DNA of 64,000 nt, from assembly GCA_013239625.1 (NCBI GenBank), contig MU054187.1, positions 15,888,941 through 15,952,940 on the forward strand, read 5' to 3'. Under the pieces are notes generated by a model. It was not told the DNA's origin. It ran no database searches and saw nothing but the letters and a program-made list of their open reading frames with translations. This stretch comes from Lama guanicoe (lineage: Eukaryota). The position numbers and the translations under genes were made by a program. Every line of letters starts with the position of its first letter. The stretch's first letter is position 1. Shown here one piece after another: positions 52,624 through 64,000 of this stretch.

Positions 52624-53182
52624 TGTAAGAGAGAAAAAATTAATTTTCCCTCTACCTTTCTATCTTCTTGGCTGAGACCTCAACCCCACCCTGTAATAAA
52701 AGACAGGTTAACAGGAGAAAAATATACAGAAGTTTAATAATAATAATATGTATACCTCCAGTATACATGGGAGATAACCAGGAAAACTGAGTATCTCACT
52801 AAAATGGCCTAAACCACCACCTTAAATATCATCTCCAACTAAAGACAAAAGGAGGTATTGAGGATTGGGAGAACCAGTTTATGATAGGTTATCAGAAAAA
52901 GCACAGTAAACAAGGGTAAGGTTGTTATGCAGATTTAGGTCCTTGCCTTCTCCATTGATAAGTTTCTTCCATTTTCCTCCCTTCTCTTCCTGGTACAGAG
53001 AGAGAGAGAGAGAGACCCCCTTACAGATGAAGACTTCCCTTGTAAATGTCTCTTATAAAAGGAAAATGTCTACTCAGTTTATTGAGTTTTTCCTATATCG
53101 CTGCTTCTTAAAAATAAGCAGCCTAAAATGATCCTTACACCAAAGAAACATATTTTAGGGTGGCAAATTCTGCTCCCCATCA
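52624..53182 (-). mobile_element. MER34-like ERV1 solo LTR with perfect 4-bp TSD
   Basis: TG(52624)...CA(53182). TSD aaac at 52620-52623 and 53183-53186. Minus strand starts tgatggggagcagaatttgccaccctaaaatatg. Confidence 0.9.
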
Positions 53183-53665
53183 AAACAAAGTAACACAACA
53201 ATAGGACAGCAGTTAGATGAAATCAAAAAAGAAGGTTATAGCTAAATACTCGTTTTTCCTTCCTTTTATCTCTTATGTCCTACCACATATTTTTTGTGTG
53301 TAGCTCATTATTAAATTTTATCTCTACCTCATGCTTTCATATAATACCTTGTGCGATAGAAAGTTCTGACCTTTGCCCTCAGCTCTGGGGAGGTTAACTC
53401 AAAGCCCTTGGAATATATCGCTTGATGAGGGTATCTGTTCAACTGGGAATCTTGGGCCATGTCAGATACTCTATGCTGACACTGTGATTTTTGCTGGGGG
53501 CCTTGGGTCCTGAAGTAGCAACCTGACATGTGCAAGGGCTACAGACTAGGATCAGCCATGTGAATTGTGAGCTTTTCCAACATGACCAACCCCCAATAAA
53601 ATCTCTGAATGTTAAGGCTTCAGCTGGTAATATTCCCTGCATGTTGCTGGGAAAAGTGAGGAGTC

Positions 53666-54838
53666 TGGCTCCTGGTTAAAAACCTATGGGTGATTTTTTT
53701 TTAGGTTTGACCATAAGTAATCTGAAGTCTTTACCTGGCAGGGGGAAGTTGCCCTCCCCATACCAGACATGGTGCCCAGCGAGAGCATGCCAATCTCTGA
53801 AGATAATTCAGGAAAAATGGGGGTTCAAGAGGATGGCCGTGTCCTAGGTCTCAGGCGAGTCCTAGGATGCACCCTTCCAAGTGAGGGTGCTTGGCTTTAG
53901 GCAGGAAAGAATTCAAGACAGAGCCATAGCTGAGTACAGGTAGATTTATTCAGAGAAATGCATACTCCATAGACAGAGTGTGGGGCATCTCAGAAGGCAA
54001 GAGAGAGACCATGAGGTGCAGGGTTGCTAGTTTGTATGGGCTTAGTAACTTCATATGCTAAGAAGTGGCAAGATTATCCAACTACTATGGGAGAAGGGAC
54101 AGGAGTTTCCAGGAATTGAGCCATTACCTACTTTTTGACTTTTTATGGTCAGCCTTGAAAGTGTCACAGCACCTGTGGGTGTGTCATTTACCATGCTAAT
54201 GTATTATAATTAGCGTATAATGAAGCTCAAGGTCTACTGGAAGTTGAATCTTCTGCCATCTTGGTGCAAATTGCTGAGTCATTCTTTTAATGGTTGTGCC
54301 CTGCCCCCTTCCCTCCTGTCTTAAAGAGAGTTCCTTAACTCAAGCCCCTCTGGCATGTCATGCTTTTTCACATATTTACATTTGTAGTCCTGGTGCCCTG
54401 ATTCCCAGTTCTCCATCTAAGGGCTTTAACCAAGGTCCTCTTCAGGTGCCTCTGCCAAGGACTTCTTACAGGGGTTGGAGAGGGAAACTTTGAGTATGTT
54501 CTTCCTTGTTCTCACTCAGTACCTCATACTTTCCCACTCCTAGACCTTCCTTTCTCCATCCCACCAATCTCAGAATCCATAAAACTACTGGAGTATTTGT
54601 TCAGGGCTCCCTCAAAAGTGAGAAGACCCCCATGTCGTGATGATTTACCCATTCAATGGAGGAAAATGGTACATGGGGAGTCAGTGCTTTCTCCAGCTTT
54701 CGGTTTGCTTATACTATGCTAGTAAATGATTGAAATGCTTAACTCTTTCATTTTTGGCTTGTTATTCTAACTAGCTACTAGGACACATGGCAACTCAGCT
54801 TTCTTCCTTTCCCCATTGAGATGAGCTCCAGATTGCCA
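53666..54838 (+). mobile_element. ERVL-class LTR (MER54/73/88-type), itself interrupted
   Basis: Pieces at 53666-53803 and 54328-54838 with 'ggcagggggaagttgccctcccc' and 'ccataaaactactggag...cagggctccctc...ttgcttatacta...gcaactcagct'. The family name is tentative. Confidence 0.55.
53804..54323 (-). mobile_element. ERV1-type solo LTR with 4-bp TSD
   Basis: TSD aaga at 53800-53803 and 54324-54327. Minus strand starts taagacaggagggaagggggcagggcacaacc. Antisense polyA signal at 53945. Both termini read TA instead of TG/CA. Confidence 0.8.
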
Positions 54839-55429
54839 CCCTCCTCACCACCCGCAACTCTACTGGGAGAGGACACCTGTAAGGCCTGCACCTAACTTCT
54901 CCTGGTCCCTGTTCTATGTGCCTTTTCCTGTTGCTGATCTGAATATGTATTTCTTCACTGCAATAAACTGTCCCAAGACTATAAGATCTTCACTGAGTTT
55001 TGTGAATCCTACTGTATTATTAAACCTTGGAAACCTTTAGAACGTGCATGTATTTTAAATTATATCATTAAGAAAACTATGTGTAAACACTGCTTTTAAC
55101 TCATGTCTATATTTTCTCAATTCAAATATAAGAAATCAGAAAAATCCCCAGAAATTTGTTAAAACTTTATATAGTACCATCAGTAGCATTTAGTTGTACT
55201 TCTGTTTCCATAAAAAAGACCAAGAAACTCTAGGCAGGTGACTTCCAGTTTTACAATCACAGGGCCAAACAGGGTAGGTGTATTTAGCTATAGAGAACAT
55301 GAGATGTGAAAATGAAAATAGTAAAAGTATAGCAGAATCATTTGTTTAAAAAAAAGGATCTTTCTTATAAAAATGATTTCTGTAACTATCGAGCATTCCT
55401 GCAGCATTAAAAAACCAAAGTTGGTATTT

Positions 55430-55600
55430 CTGAGCTGAAAGAGAATATGATAGTCAGCTAATTCAAAGTACTAATTTTTATATGAGGAAATTGAGGCTCA
55501 GAGAATTTATAGGACATACCAACTTGGCAGATTAAGTTAGTGGCAGAGAGAAAAGTTGAGTCTAGATCTGCTGACCCCTCATCAAAGTTTCTATATACAG
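55430..55600 (-). mobile_element. MIR SINE
   Basis: 'ttttatatgaggaaattgaggctcagagaa...aagttagtggcagagag...tctgctgac'. Confidence 0.7.
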
Positions 55601-56399
55601 ATTCTGCGTGGGGAAATTTACAAATAAATTCACAACATTTAACAAAATTAAATTTTCAACTTTTTCTACCACTTCTTATACACAATTTTGAGAGAAAGGA
55701 ATGGAGAATTACTGCCACAGTTCCTGTGAAGACATCAGTTTATGTACATAAGCTAAAGATGAACAAATCTTTTTTTTTTTTGTACAGAGTTTTAAAAATA
55801 GCGTATTTCCCATAGGAGTCATGGGGAAGAGGAACAAACATTAATGGCTAAATTCAAATCCTTGCAAATACATTATTTAGACTACAAGCAGTGATAAGAA
55901 ACTTTCACAAATGATAGCCTGGATCAGTAGGGCTACATTAGGCAGGAGCTTATTAAACGACTGCTGTCTCCCCATCTCTCCAGGCTGAGAAATATGACTC
56001 TAAATTCTGTTCAGAAACTAACTTAAAAGAGCTAGATACAAGAACACATGCCAATCTGGAGAACAATCTGTATCCCTGTGAGGATGAGAAACAAACAAAC
56101 AAAAAAAACAGGACAGACATCAGTGGGTTAGGGAAAAACTAGAGAAACTAATTTGACTCCACAACCTGGCACCAGCATAAGCAGCTGGGACGTTCAAGAT
56201 AAACATGCTAAGAAGTAGGAAACATGATTGGCAAAGGGATTATAATATAGCCGAATGTGCTAGAGTGCAGAGTCAGAATTTTCTTCTAGAGGGAGTACAC
56301 AGACCTAAATAAGAGCTAAATCTTGTGAAAAGGAAATGGAGAAGTTGCTGTTAGTAAGAATCCATGCTCTTGAACATTCCAGATAAGAGTAAAAAGTAA

Positions 56400-57260
56400 A
56401 AAACCCAGGAGAGAAGCAAAAAGAAAAGTTAAGAGGCAATAACCTATGTGGCAGTTAGCAGCTCCAGTGAATGTGGTAATGGTGGGAGGAAATAAGAAGT
56501 GGTCTGATCTTAGATATGTTTTGAAAATAGAGCCAACGGTATCAACAGAATTATTTATGGATTGGATGTTGATGGATTGATCCTGCGGTTTTGGTTTGAA
56601 CAACTTTAAGACTGGATCAGTCATAAAGTGAGATGGGGACACATTTAAAGAAGCAGGATTGGGAATTAGGAGTTCAGTAACACTGGGATCACGATGGTTG
56701 CTTTACTCTAGGAGTGATCAGCTTCACAAGTAAAGATTGGGGTAATTTTTATGGATGAAATAGTATTTTGTCAAAAGAGTGAATCATGAGACCAAAGAAG
56801 GCAAGCAATTGGTTAGGAGGGTATTGGTAATTATTATTAGGATGAAGTACAGAATAAGGAGAGACAGTAGCTGGTTCAGTCTAATTTCAAAAGATTCATG
56901 GCTGGGGCATTTTAGGGATGAAGAGGAGTAAAACGAACAAATAAAACATCCACTCTACATCCAGTTCCAGTGCTTTGCTTACTACAAGAGACCAAAACAC
57001 CATCACTGAAGAGGGTTACATAGAAAGCTATGTCCTCAGATCAGATCCAGAATTCACTGAGAGAAAGAAAGAAAGGAGCATTCAGGCAAGAGGTGGATGA
57101 TATCGGGAATTTTTCTGACAATGGACCAAAATTTTCCAAGGGCACAGTGGCCTGATTTAGGAAGCTGAAAAGGGATGGAGATGGGAAAAATCAAGGCATG
57201 TTCAGAACCTTATGGGGGTGAGGGAGTAGGAGATAATGAATAACAAGGGTGCTCAACCTT
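56400..57260 (-). mobile_element. L2 internal fragment
   Basis: 'gagaagtggtctgatcttagatatgttttgaaaatagagccaac...ggattggatgt...ttttggtttgaacaact' is typical antisense L2. Confidence 0.7.
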
Positions 57261-57359
57261 GATCTTATTCTTATGTAACCTGGGTTTCCCTAAATCACCC
57301 CTAACCAAAGATGTGATTTGGACACAGGCAAGCCATATTTCTCCAGATTTGTCTATGCT

Positions 57360-57829
57360 TGTATTAGCTTCCTGAGGCTGCCATAAAGTTGGTGGCCTAA
57401 ATAAACAAAGTTTTTCCTATCACAGTTCTAGAGGCCAAAAGTCCAAATCAAAGTGTTGGCAGGGCTATACTCCCTCTGGAAGCTCTAGGGAAGAATCTGT
57501 TTTTTGTCTCTCTCAGCTTCTGGAGGCTGTCGGCTTTCCTTGCTTATCTGCATCACCCCAGCCTGCCTCCATTGTCACATTACCTCATCATCTTCTGGAC
57601 AGTGTTCTCCTTTTCTGTCTCTCATAAGGGCATCTGCCATTGAACTGAGGCCCTACCCAGATAATCCAAAACTTTTCATCTCAAGATCTTTAACTCAATT
57701 ATATCTGCAAATATCCGTTTCTTTTTCAAATAAAGTATTGTTCACAAGTTTTGGACATTAGGACATAGACATATCTATGGGGTTGGGGGTGTTTAGTGGA
57801 GGTGAGGTGGCACCATTCAATGTATTACA
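57360..57829 (-). mobile_element. MaLR LTR (MLT1C-like)
   Basis: 'tgtattagcttcctgaggctgccata...cacagttctagaggccaaaagtccaaatcaaagtgttggcaggg...tctcaagatctttaact...ttaggacatagacatatct...taca'. Confidence 0.88.
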
Positions 57830-58249
57830 ACACCCAATATATTTAGGACCTCCAGGTTCACTCAGACTTTCAGTAATACCACTAGGATTTCCTAGGAGTT
57901 TATGTATTAGTTCACCCAGTCATATCATTTTCCCAATCCTGGTCTTTACTGGCCATATTTGGCGAGGTCTTCTACCAGTGTCTTTGTTGTCTATGAAATT
58001 TCATCAGGTAACTTTATCAAGGAGGCCCCCGTAAGGACTGTGATGTTCTTCTCAAAGGTGCCATTTCATGGAAAGCTATCAACATTAGTTTTTGTGCCCT
58101 CCCCTGTAATACAATTGTCCTGGCCACCACAACCTCTACCAGCTCCTTCCTCTGGGCTCTGCTAACATTTATAAATAGATACAAGCCTTTAAAGTTTCAG
58201 AGGAGCAAAGCTGTATTCTGTGGAGTCCTCCGTGGATGTGTGCCAAGCT

Positions 58250-59290
58250 TCAACAATGATCAGTTCATGGTCAATATTGTTTTGACCCACATCACCACTT
58301 CAACAATGAAATATCTGAAGCAAATCTCTGGTATCATACAATTTTATCCATAAATATATCACTAAAATTTGATAATACTTAAATTGAATGATCTTAAATA
58401 ATGATCTTTTCATATCAAATATTTAGCCCATGTTCAAGTATCCCTGATTTTCTCCATTTGGTTTATTGAGTCAGAATTTGAACAAAATCCACCCATTGTA
58501 CTCAGTTGCTAGTCTCTCTCTGTCTTTTGACAGTCTCTTAAATTTCTTTTACTCTATCATCTATGTTCTATCTCTATCTATCTATATCTGTACCTTAATC
58601 TCTATTGTTCCTGCTTGTCTTTTCACAATAACATGCAACAATTCACAGGTTTTTCATATACTTTTATCAGGAGGTACAAATGTCTGATAGCCTTCATTGA
58701 AACGATATCACAATCAGTTAGTAGATTCAATTATTGACCTGATCCATCCATTATAAAGCCCCCATGCAGCTTTCCACTTAATGGTTTTAGTTCAGCCCTT
58801 GACAATCAATAACCAGGTTTAATATTTTGTTAGGGCTTATAAATTGATAATATTCTATCACCCCTTATTTATTTATTAGCTGGAATACTTCCATACAGAC
58901 AGACTTCCCTTTCTCGACTATTTGGCTACTCAAAGTAGAAGGTACTAGTCCTACAGAATAGATATGATACATACAAAGTCTTTCCCCTTCACCAGGCTTC
59001 AGAATAGTTGATGCCCTGGGAATCCTCCAAAGGTAAAACAATGCGTGACTGTGTTTTTAGCATCATTATGAATATGTTAAAGTATATTTTGTTATCTTTC
59101 ACTCTGTTGCAGCAATTAAATATATAATAATCCTGAAGATTGTACCTTAACAGTACATAAAGATATTCCTCACTCTTCTTTTATGTTTGCACAGTACTCT
59201 CTTCTATTGTAGATATACCATAGTTTATTTATACAACCCTCTATTGATGAAGCTTTGGGTTATTTCCAGTCTTTAGCTGTTACAGACTTA
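58250..59290 (-). mobile_element. old L1 3' end (L1MC/ME-type)
   Basis: 'gaagcaaatctctggtatcatacaattttatccataaatat' and 'ataccatagtttatttatacaaccctctattgatgaagctttgggttatttccagtct'. Confidence 0.7.
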
Positions 59291-60949
59291 ATAAATCACT
59301 AATGCTTTAAAAAAATTGAATTATTCACAGCCTTTAGGATGATTTCTCTCCCAAGAGGCCATGTAGTGCTTTATTTGAATACATGTTCACTCAGCCTGGA
59401 TTCTATTACAATTGCAGAGTTTTCATAATTTCAATTTTATATAGCATTTTGCAAGTATATAAATTATAAGACAAAGTATTTCATAAAGAAAAACTATGCT
59501 TAAAACCACTTGGAAAATATCCAAAAGTTGATTCATTTTGACAACAAAATATTTTTGTGATGACTAATGTGCTGAGGAACTCAACTGAAAATATATCAGC
59601 TAGCCTTAAAATGTGATTTTAAAATAATTTATAACTTTGTGGAAATCAAAATAAGAAAAAGTTGGTTGATAAGTTATTTGTAATCAGAATAATATATGAT
59701 TGTAAGGTTAGGAAGTCAGCACTCTATGTGTTTTTGAATTTTTTAAAATGATATTTTATTTGTAGTTGAAATCACAAACTTAACAATTTGGGGATTAGAA
59801 TACAAAACTAAAATTGTGGTTAGATGCTAATCTTTGTGACATGGTGGCTGCCTGAATGTTAAGGAAACAAATGATAACTTTAATTTTAAAATAATTTTAA
59901 CATTCCTAGTTGTCCATAGCTTTTTGCCTTAGTGTTGCACAGAATTTCTATTTCCTTTCTTTCTTTTAATAACTAATTATTTGTAAATATCTTACGAATT
60001 TTGGCTAATTTCTCTTCCTAAATTTTACTTCTCTTCAGCATGAAACTAAATTACATTTGTTAGAAAACCATGACATACATAAAGATTTCACATAAAAAGT
60101 AATGGCTTTCAGAAGTCTTCTCCATCAGATGTACTGAGAAGAACAATATACAAATACAAAATATAAGAGAACCATTATTTATTAATAATCTGTTTACTGA
60201 ATCATAAATTATTTTTAGGTTTCTCCCACCCCTACCTTTTTTTTCTTATAAGTGACAGAAAAAACAAATGTAAATTAGCCTAAGGAGGGAAAAAGAATGG
60301 GATGGATGAAAGTGATTAATTAGCCCATTATGGGATTATTGAGAAGTAGATCTAGCTTAAGGTATGGGTCAAACAACTCAGGACTGAGACTCCCTCCATC
60401 TGTCGAGTCAACTTCCTTTTTATTAACTTCATTCTCAAAAAGGCTTATTCACTACTGGTCTCCAGTGGGCTGCCAGCAACTCCTGGGACTGTGTAAGAGA
60501 GCAACAGTCTTTGTTCAAAGGTTTCAAGAACATATCCTAGTATCAATTTCAACAAGATTCAGTATGAACCAACTGCTACAGCCAGGGGACTTGAATGTGC
60601 TGATTTTCTTTGGCCTGAGAGTCTCACTAGAGCATGTTGTGAGAATCTGGGAGTGGTGATTCCTAAATAAAAACGCCATCTTTCACTTGCAAGAGGGTGA
60701 ATGGATGGAGGAAAATAATCAATAAATGTCTCAAGAGGTTCTAATAATTGCCAGTGCATTTTAAAAAACCTTCCTAATAAGTCAAACCGACGTTTTAAAA
60801 ACAGTTTTGTCTCTGCTGACTTCATTGTATAGAAGACTTCCTAGTCTTTGAGATCCACACAAAATACTGCATTTTGCCTATTGATTTACTTATGAGCTGA
60901 ATAGGAATGGGAAAAGGAAAACTGGACATTGCTTTATTACCATGCAAAC

Positions 60950-61215
60950 TTCTGTTTTCCCTCCCTTCTTTCTTTCCTTCCTCTTCCGTCACCCTTTCCC
61001 CCTTACTTTTCTTTTTATCTATTTCTCTTTATTTTTTTACTCCTTGTTTCCTCCTCTCTTCCTCTATTCTTTCATCTCGTTTTTTCATTTTCTATTTCCC
61101 CACTTCTCCCTCTTTTCCTGCCTTTTTTCTTGAATGTGTGTTTTTTTTCCGTCTTTCATTATCTGCTTCAAGCTCTTCACCTCTCATCTCTGAAATCTCT
61201 TTTCCATCTTTCTAA
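60950..61215. repeat. pyrimidine-rich (CT) low-complexity tract
   Basis: About 265 bp dominated by C/T. It produces the three overlapping F/S/L-rich ORFs in the track. Confidence 0.85.
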
Positions 61216-62064
61216 CCCAAAGGGTATAGCCAGCGTGACTGAACTCAGTGCTTAAATTTCTTTTGTGTAAGGAAAATGAGTGAGAGGCAGAAGAGACTCC
61301 CTGTGTACTCTGAGTCCAGTTCTGTAAATTTCTTACACATCAGTGAACCCTGTCACTCCTATGTCTGAAGGATCTTTAAGTATTTTTCCCTCCATGTCAT
61401 ACAATAGAAATTCTTCTTACCAAGAACACTAGCAAAATTCAGTTAATTTAGTCTTAGCTTAATATTAACTACTTCATGGCACTTAACAATGTTTAATTTC
61501 TCCAAATTAAAGCACATTCTTTCTTAATTTTCAGAACATCATATTCCACCCTAAGTTGATTTCTCCATTTATATGAAACCATATAGCAATAACTGTCAGT
61601 GACATTCAATTTATGTATATATGCTCATATGGGTTGTCAATTTTCTTTTTGGGTTTAGGACCTTTTCTTCATCTCCTTAAGAGGAAGAAACTATGCTATA
61701 AATATCTGTAACCCCAGCCCTTGGCAGAGTATATTACATAAGATCTTGTGTACATAAATTTCTGAGAACCGGTTACTCTTTTTCTACCATGAAAGTTTTA
61801 TGAATGATTAGTTATAAGGCAAGTGAAATATACATAAGAAAAAACTTTAAAACGTATATGCATTTCTCTTTAGCAACAAGGAACAAAATATTATATTTTG
61901 CATCAATTGTTTGTATTGGAATGGATTGAGATTTAAAATTTGGTAACTACTTCACTAATTTCACTTCAAGATGCATTTTCTGAGCATCTACTCTGTGGCT
62001 CTTGGGTCCAATGCTGAAGTTATAAGTCTCAGTCTAGCTGGATGGCTGGAAGCACAGTTTTTAT

Positions 62065-62260
62065 AATGAAGCAATTTGACCTTGAATCCTTGATCTATCA
62101 CTTTCTCTTTGTGACCTTTGTAAAGTTGCTTAACACCTCTTCGTTTTAGTTTCCTCATTTGTAAATTGGGGTTATTCATATATATATCTTGGAGGATTTT
62201 CATGAGGGATAAGGGTGATAGAGTACATGTAACAAGAATAATACATTTGAAAAACTTTCT
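62065..62260 (+). mobile_element. MIR SINE
   Basis: 'ttgtgacctttgtaaagttgcttaacacctcttcgttttagtttcctcatttgtaaattgggg'. Confidence 0.8.
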
Positions 62261-63401
62261 GATAAACACACTGTTGGTGGTCAGCTAATCAGTCTTCTGC
62301 ATCTTGTTCACTATGAGGAATAAGCTCTGAGGCTGGATTTGGGAGGAAAGAGGCCATGTTGTACAAGAAGTGGAAAGCCAAAGACTCACACCTCCTGGAA
62401 ATACAAAAGAGAGGAGACGGGGGCAAGGAGATCTACTCTTTCTAATTCTTGAGGATTATAGGAGAAAGAGGAAGAACGAATGGAGAGTGACAGAGATGAG
62501 TGTGACTGCCCAGAGATACATTTAGGGATAGAGTGAGGACAGAGTAGAGGTATTTTGCCCCTTATGTTTTGGATTCAAGGAGGAGATTATCATACAGGTC
62601 ACCTGCTGTACAAATCTGGTTTTGTTTTGTTTGAAATTTTTTTTTCAAAGTATGTGTACAGAAATAGCACCTACATGAAATTTCACTACCTACCCTTAGT
62701 GCCAAGTGGTATGAACTGGACAAGAAATTCTTACCTACCTATTAGAAAAGTACTCAGAAGGTAACTGAGCATGTACAAGCAGATTATTATGGGAGCCTGA
62801 TTAAAAGTAGCCTGGAGAACTTTAGTTCACACTGCCAAATCTGGGCTAGTAGAGGGAGACATGGCCAGATGGGTCTGTTACAAAAATGGAGGTGAGACTG
62901 AGATAGCAAAGGTAGGCCACCAGATCCTATTTCACCTGAAGTTTCCAATCCAACTCTTAACACCAGGAGTCAAATCTTGTAAGCAAGCACCGCAAGGGTA
63001 TTCAAATACTTAGGCATTGTAGAAACGTCACTGTGGACCTGAGGGAGCTAATGAACAATGACTATGTCCAAAGATCTCTCCTTCTCCCCTTCCATGAAGA
63101 CAGAGTAACTCCATTTCTATTCATATTTCATCAGTACAAGGCTTTACCTAAATGCAAGCAGAGCTGGGAATTATCCCCCAAAAGCAGTCATTTCCCTGTC
63201 ACAACACTATTTCATGGAAGAAAGAGCCTAAATGTTGGTGGACAGTTAGCCATCTCTGTCACATAACATATCCTCTCTGTACACTGCATGTGGAATATGG
63301 TATCTTTCAGGAGCGCATGTAAGGTCATTTTACTTACTTGGCTTAAGTAGAGAAGATGTCTTCATCTGTTTTTCCAGATGAAGGACAGAACTTAGAATTA
63401 G

Positions 63402-63446
63402 AAAACAAAACAAAACAAAACAAAACAAAACAAAAAACAACCAAAC
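63402..63446. repeat. (AAAAC)n microsatellite
   Basis: About 6-7 aaaac units. Confidence 0.9.
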
Positions 63447-63619
63447 AGACAGACTACAGCATCAAAAAAGGATACTGAGAGTAAATAGAAGATATGGAAG
63501 ACCATATTTTGATTTTCTGGACATTGGTTTATAATAACAATATGGGTTAAATCCTGAATAAGAGCTAAGTTTAATATCTGAATCTTGGGAAGAAATATGT
63601 TTGGCAATGATTTTGTGAT

Positions 63620-64000
63620 ATTTTAATTTAACTATTTAACACTTTTGTTAAAGGCATAATGTACATGCTAAAAAAATTGACACATTTTAAATGTACAGTA
63701 GGATGACTTTTAGTAAATTTTAAATGTTACTCAGCATAACACAATCCAGTTTTAGAATACTTCTAATGCTATAAGAAGTATGGAACATCACTTAACAGAC
63801 TATCACTGACCTGGTTTCTGTATTTATAAAAGTTTTACCTTTCCTAGGAATTTTATAAAAATCAAATTATACAATCTATAATCATTTATGTTTTGCTTCT
63901 TTCCCTGAGCATAATGTTTCGAGATATATCTGCATAGCTTCAAATATCAATGGTATTCTCCTTTTTATTGTTGAGTGATATTCTATTTAATGGATATAAC
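63620..64000 (-). mobile_element. L1 3' end (L1MB/MC/ME-type), runs off the window edge
   Basis: 'ttttaaatgtacagtaggatgacttttagtaaat...cataacacaatccagttttagaatac...ctgagcataatgtttcgagat...ctcctttttattgttgagtgatattcta'. Confidence 0.85.

Larger units (their letters stand above)
53350..55048 (+). mobile_element. MER21-like LTR, interrupted (pieces at about 53350-53665 and 54840-55048)
   Basis: 'gacctttgccctcagctctgggg...aaagcccttggaat' and 'ccccaataaaatctctg', resuming as 'ctatgtgccttttcctgttgctgat...gcaataaactgt...ctgagttttgtgaatcct'. Confidence 0.7.

Noticed and set aside
46882..53182. Two same-orientation MER34-like LTRs 5.2 kb apart as the ends of one provirus
   Set aside because: Their internal sequences differ substantially, and the right LTR has its own TSD (aaac/aaac). 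The interval holds MER102, MIR, MLT1 and unique DNA, not gag/pol/env.
60690..60870. Possible CR1/L2-like coding relic on the minus strand (LKRRFDLLGRFFKM)
   Set aside because: Similarity to the LE.RR...DL...FK motif is too weak to support without a profile search.
60907..61255. Three overlapping Phe/Ser/Leu-rich membrane-like ORFs
   Set aside because: Artefact of a pyrimidine tract that lacks stop codons.
62300..62882. Possible ancient Gypsy/ERVL-type LTR ending in tctgttaca
   Set aside because: Purine-rich LTR-like character, but no identifiable 5' end, TSD or confident family match.
1..64000. Protein-coding genes among the six-frame ORFs
   Set aside because: All are 118 aa or shorter and many use non-ATG starts. 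None resembles a host protein I recognise. The recognisable ones are L1 or CR1 remnants.
1..64000. Prokaryote-style systems (CRISPR array, operon, defence island) or a non-retroviral viral insertion/NUMT
   Set aside because: The sequence is mammalian repeat-rich DNA. I saw no repeat-spacer array, long ORF or mitochondrial-like segment.

Overview
Mammalian genomic DNA, AT-rich and CpG-poor with no CpG island. It is most likely from a camelid (camel/alpaca/llama), judged by a vic-1-like tRNA-derived SINE at 19195-19370 and the form of a young L1 3' end at 40130-41021. I can support no protein-coding exon or structural RNA gene. The listed ORFs are short chance ORFs, decayed LINE fragments or low-complexity artefacts. 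The window looks like a gene desert or the inside of a long intron, layered with old L1, L2, MIR, CR1/L3, hAT-Charlie DNA transposons, MaLR/ERVL LTRs and several ERV1-type solo LTRs. Best-supported observations: a ~98% identical 260-bp tandem duplication (32522-33039); an L2 split by two back-to-back solo LTRs (29.5-31.6 kb); a three-deep LTR nest (53.3-55.0 kb); and a dense TGATGTCA motif cluster (50.25-50.58 kb). There are also a few exon-like cassettes with good splice signals that may belong to non-coding transcripts. I found no convincing new biological system. Repeat family names come from my recall of consensus sequences, not from a search, and boundaries without TSDs are approximate.
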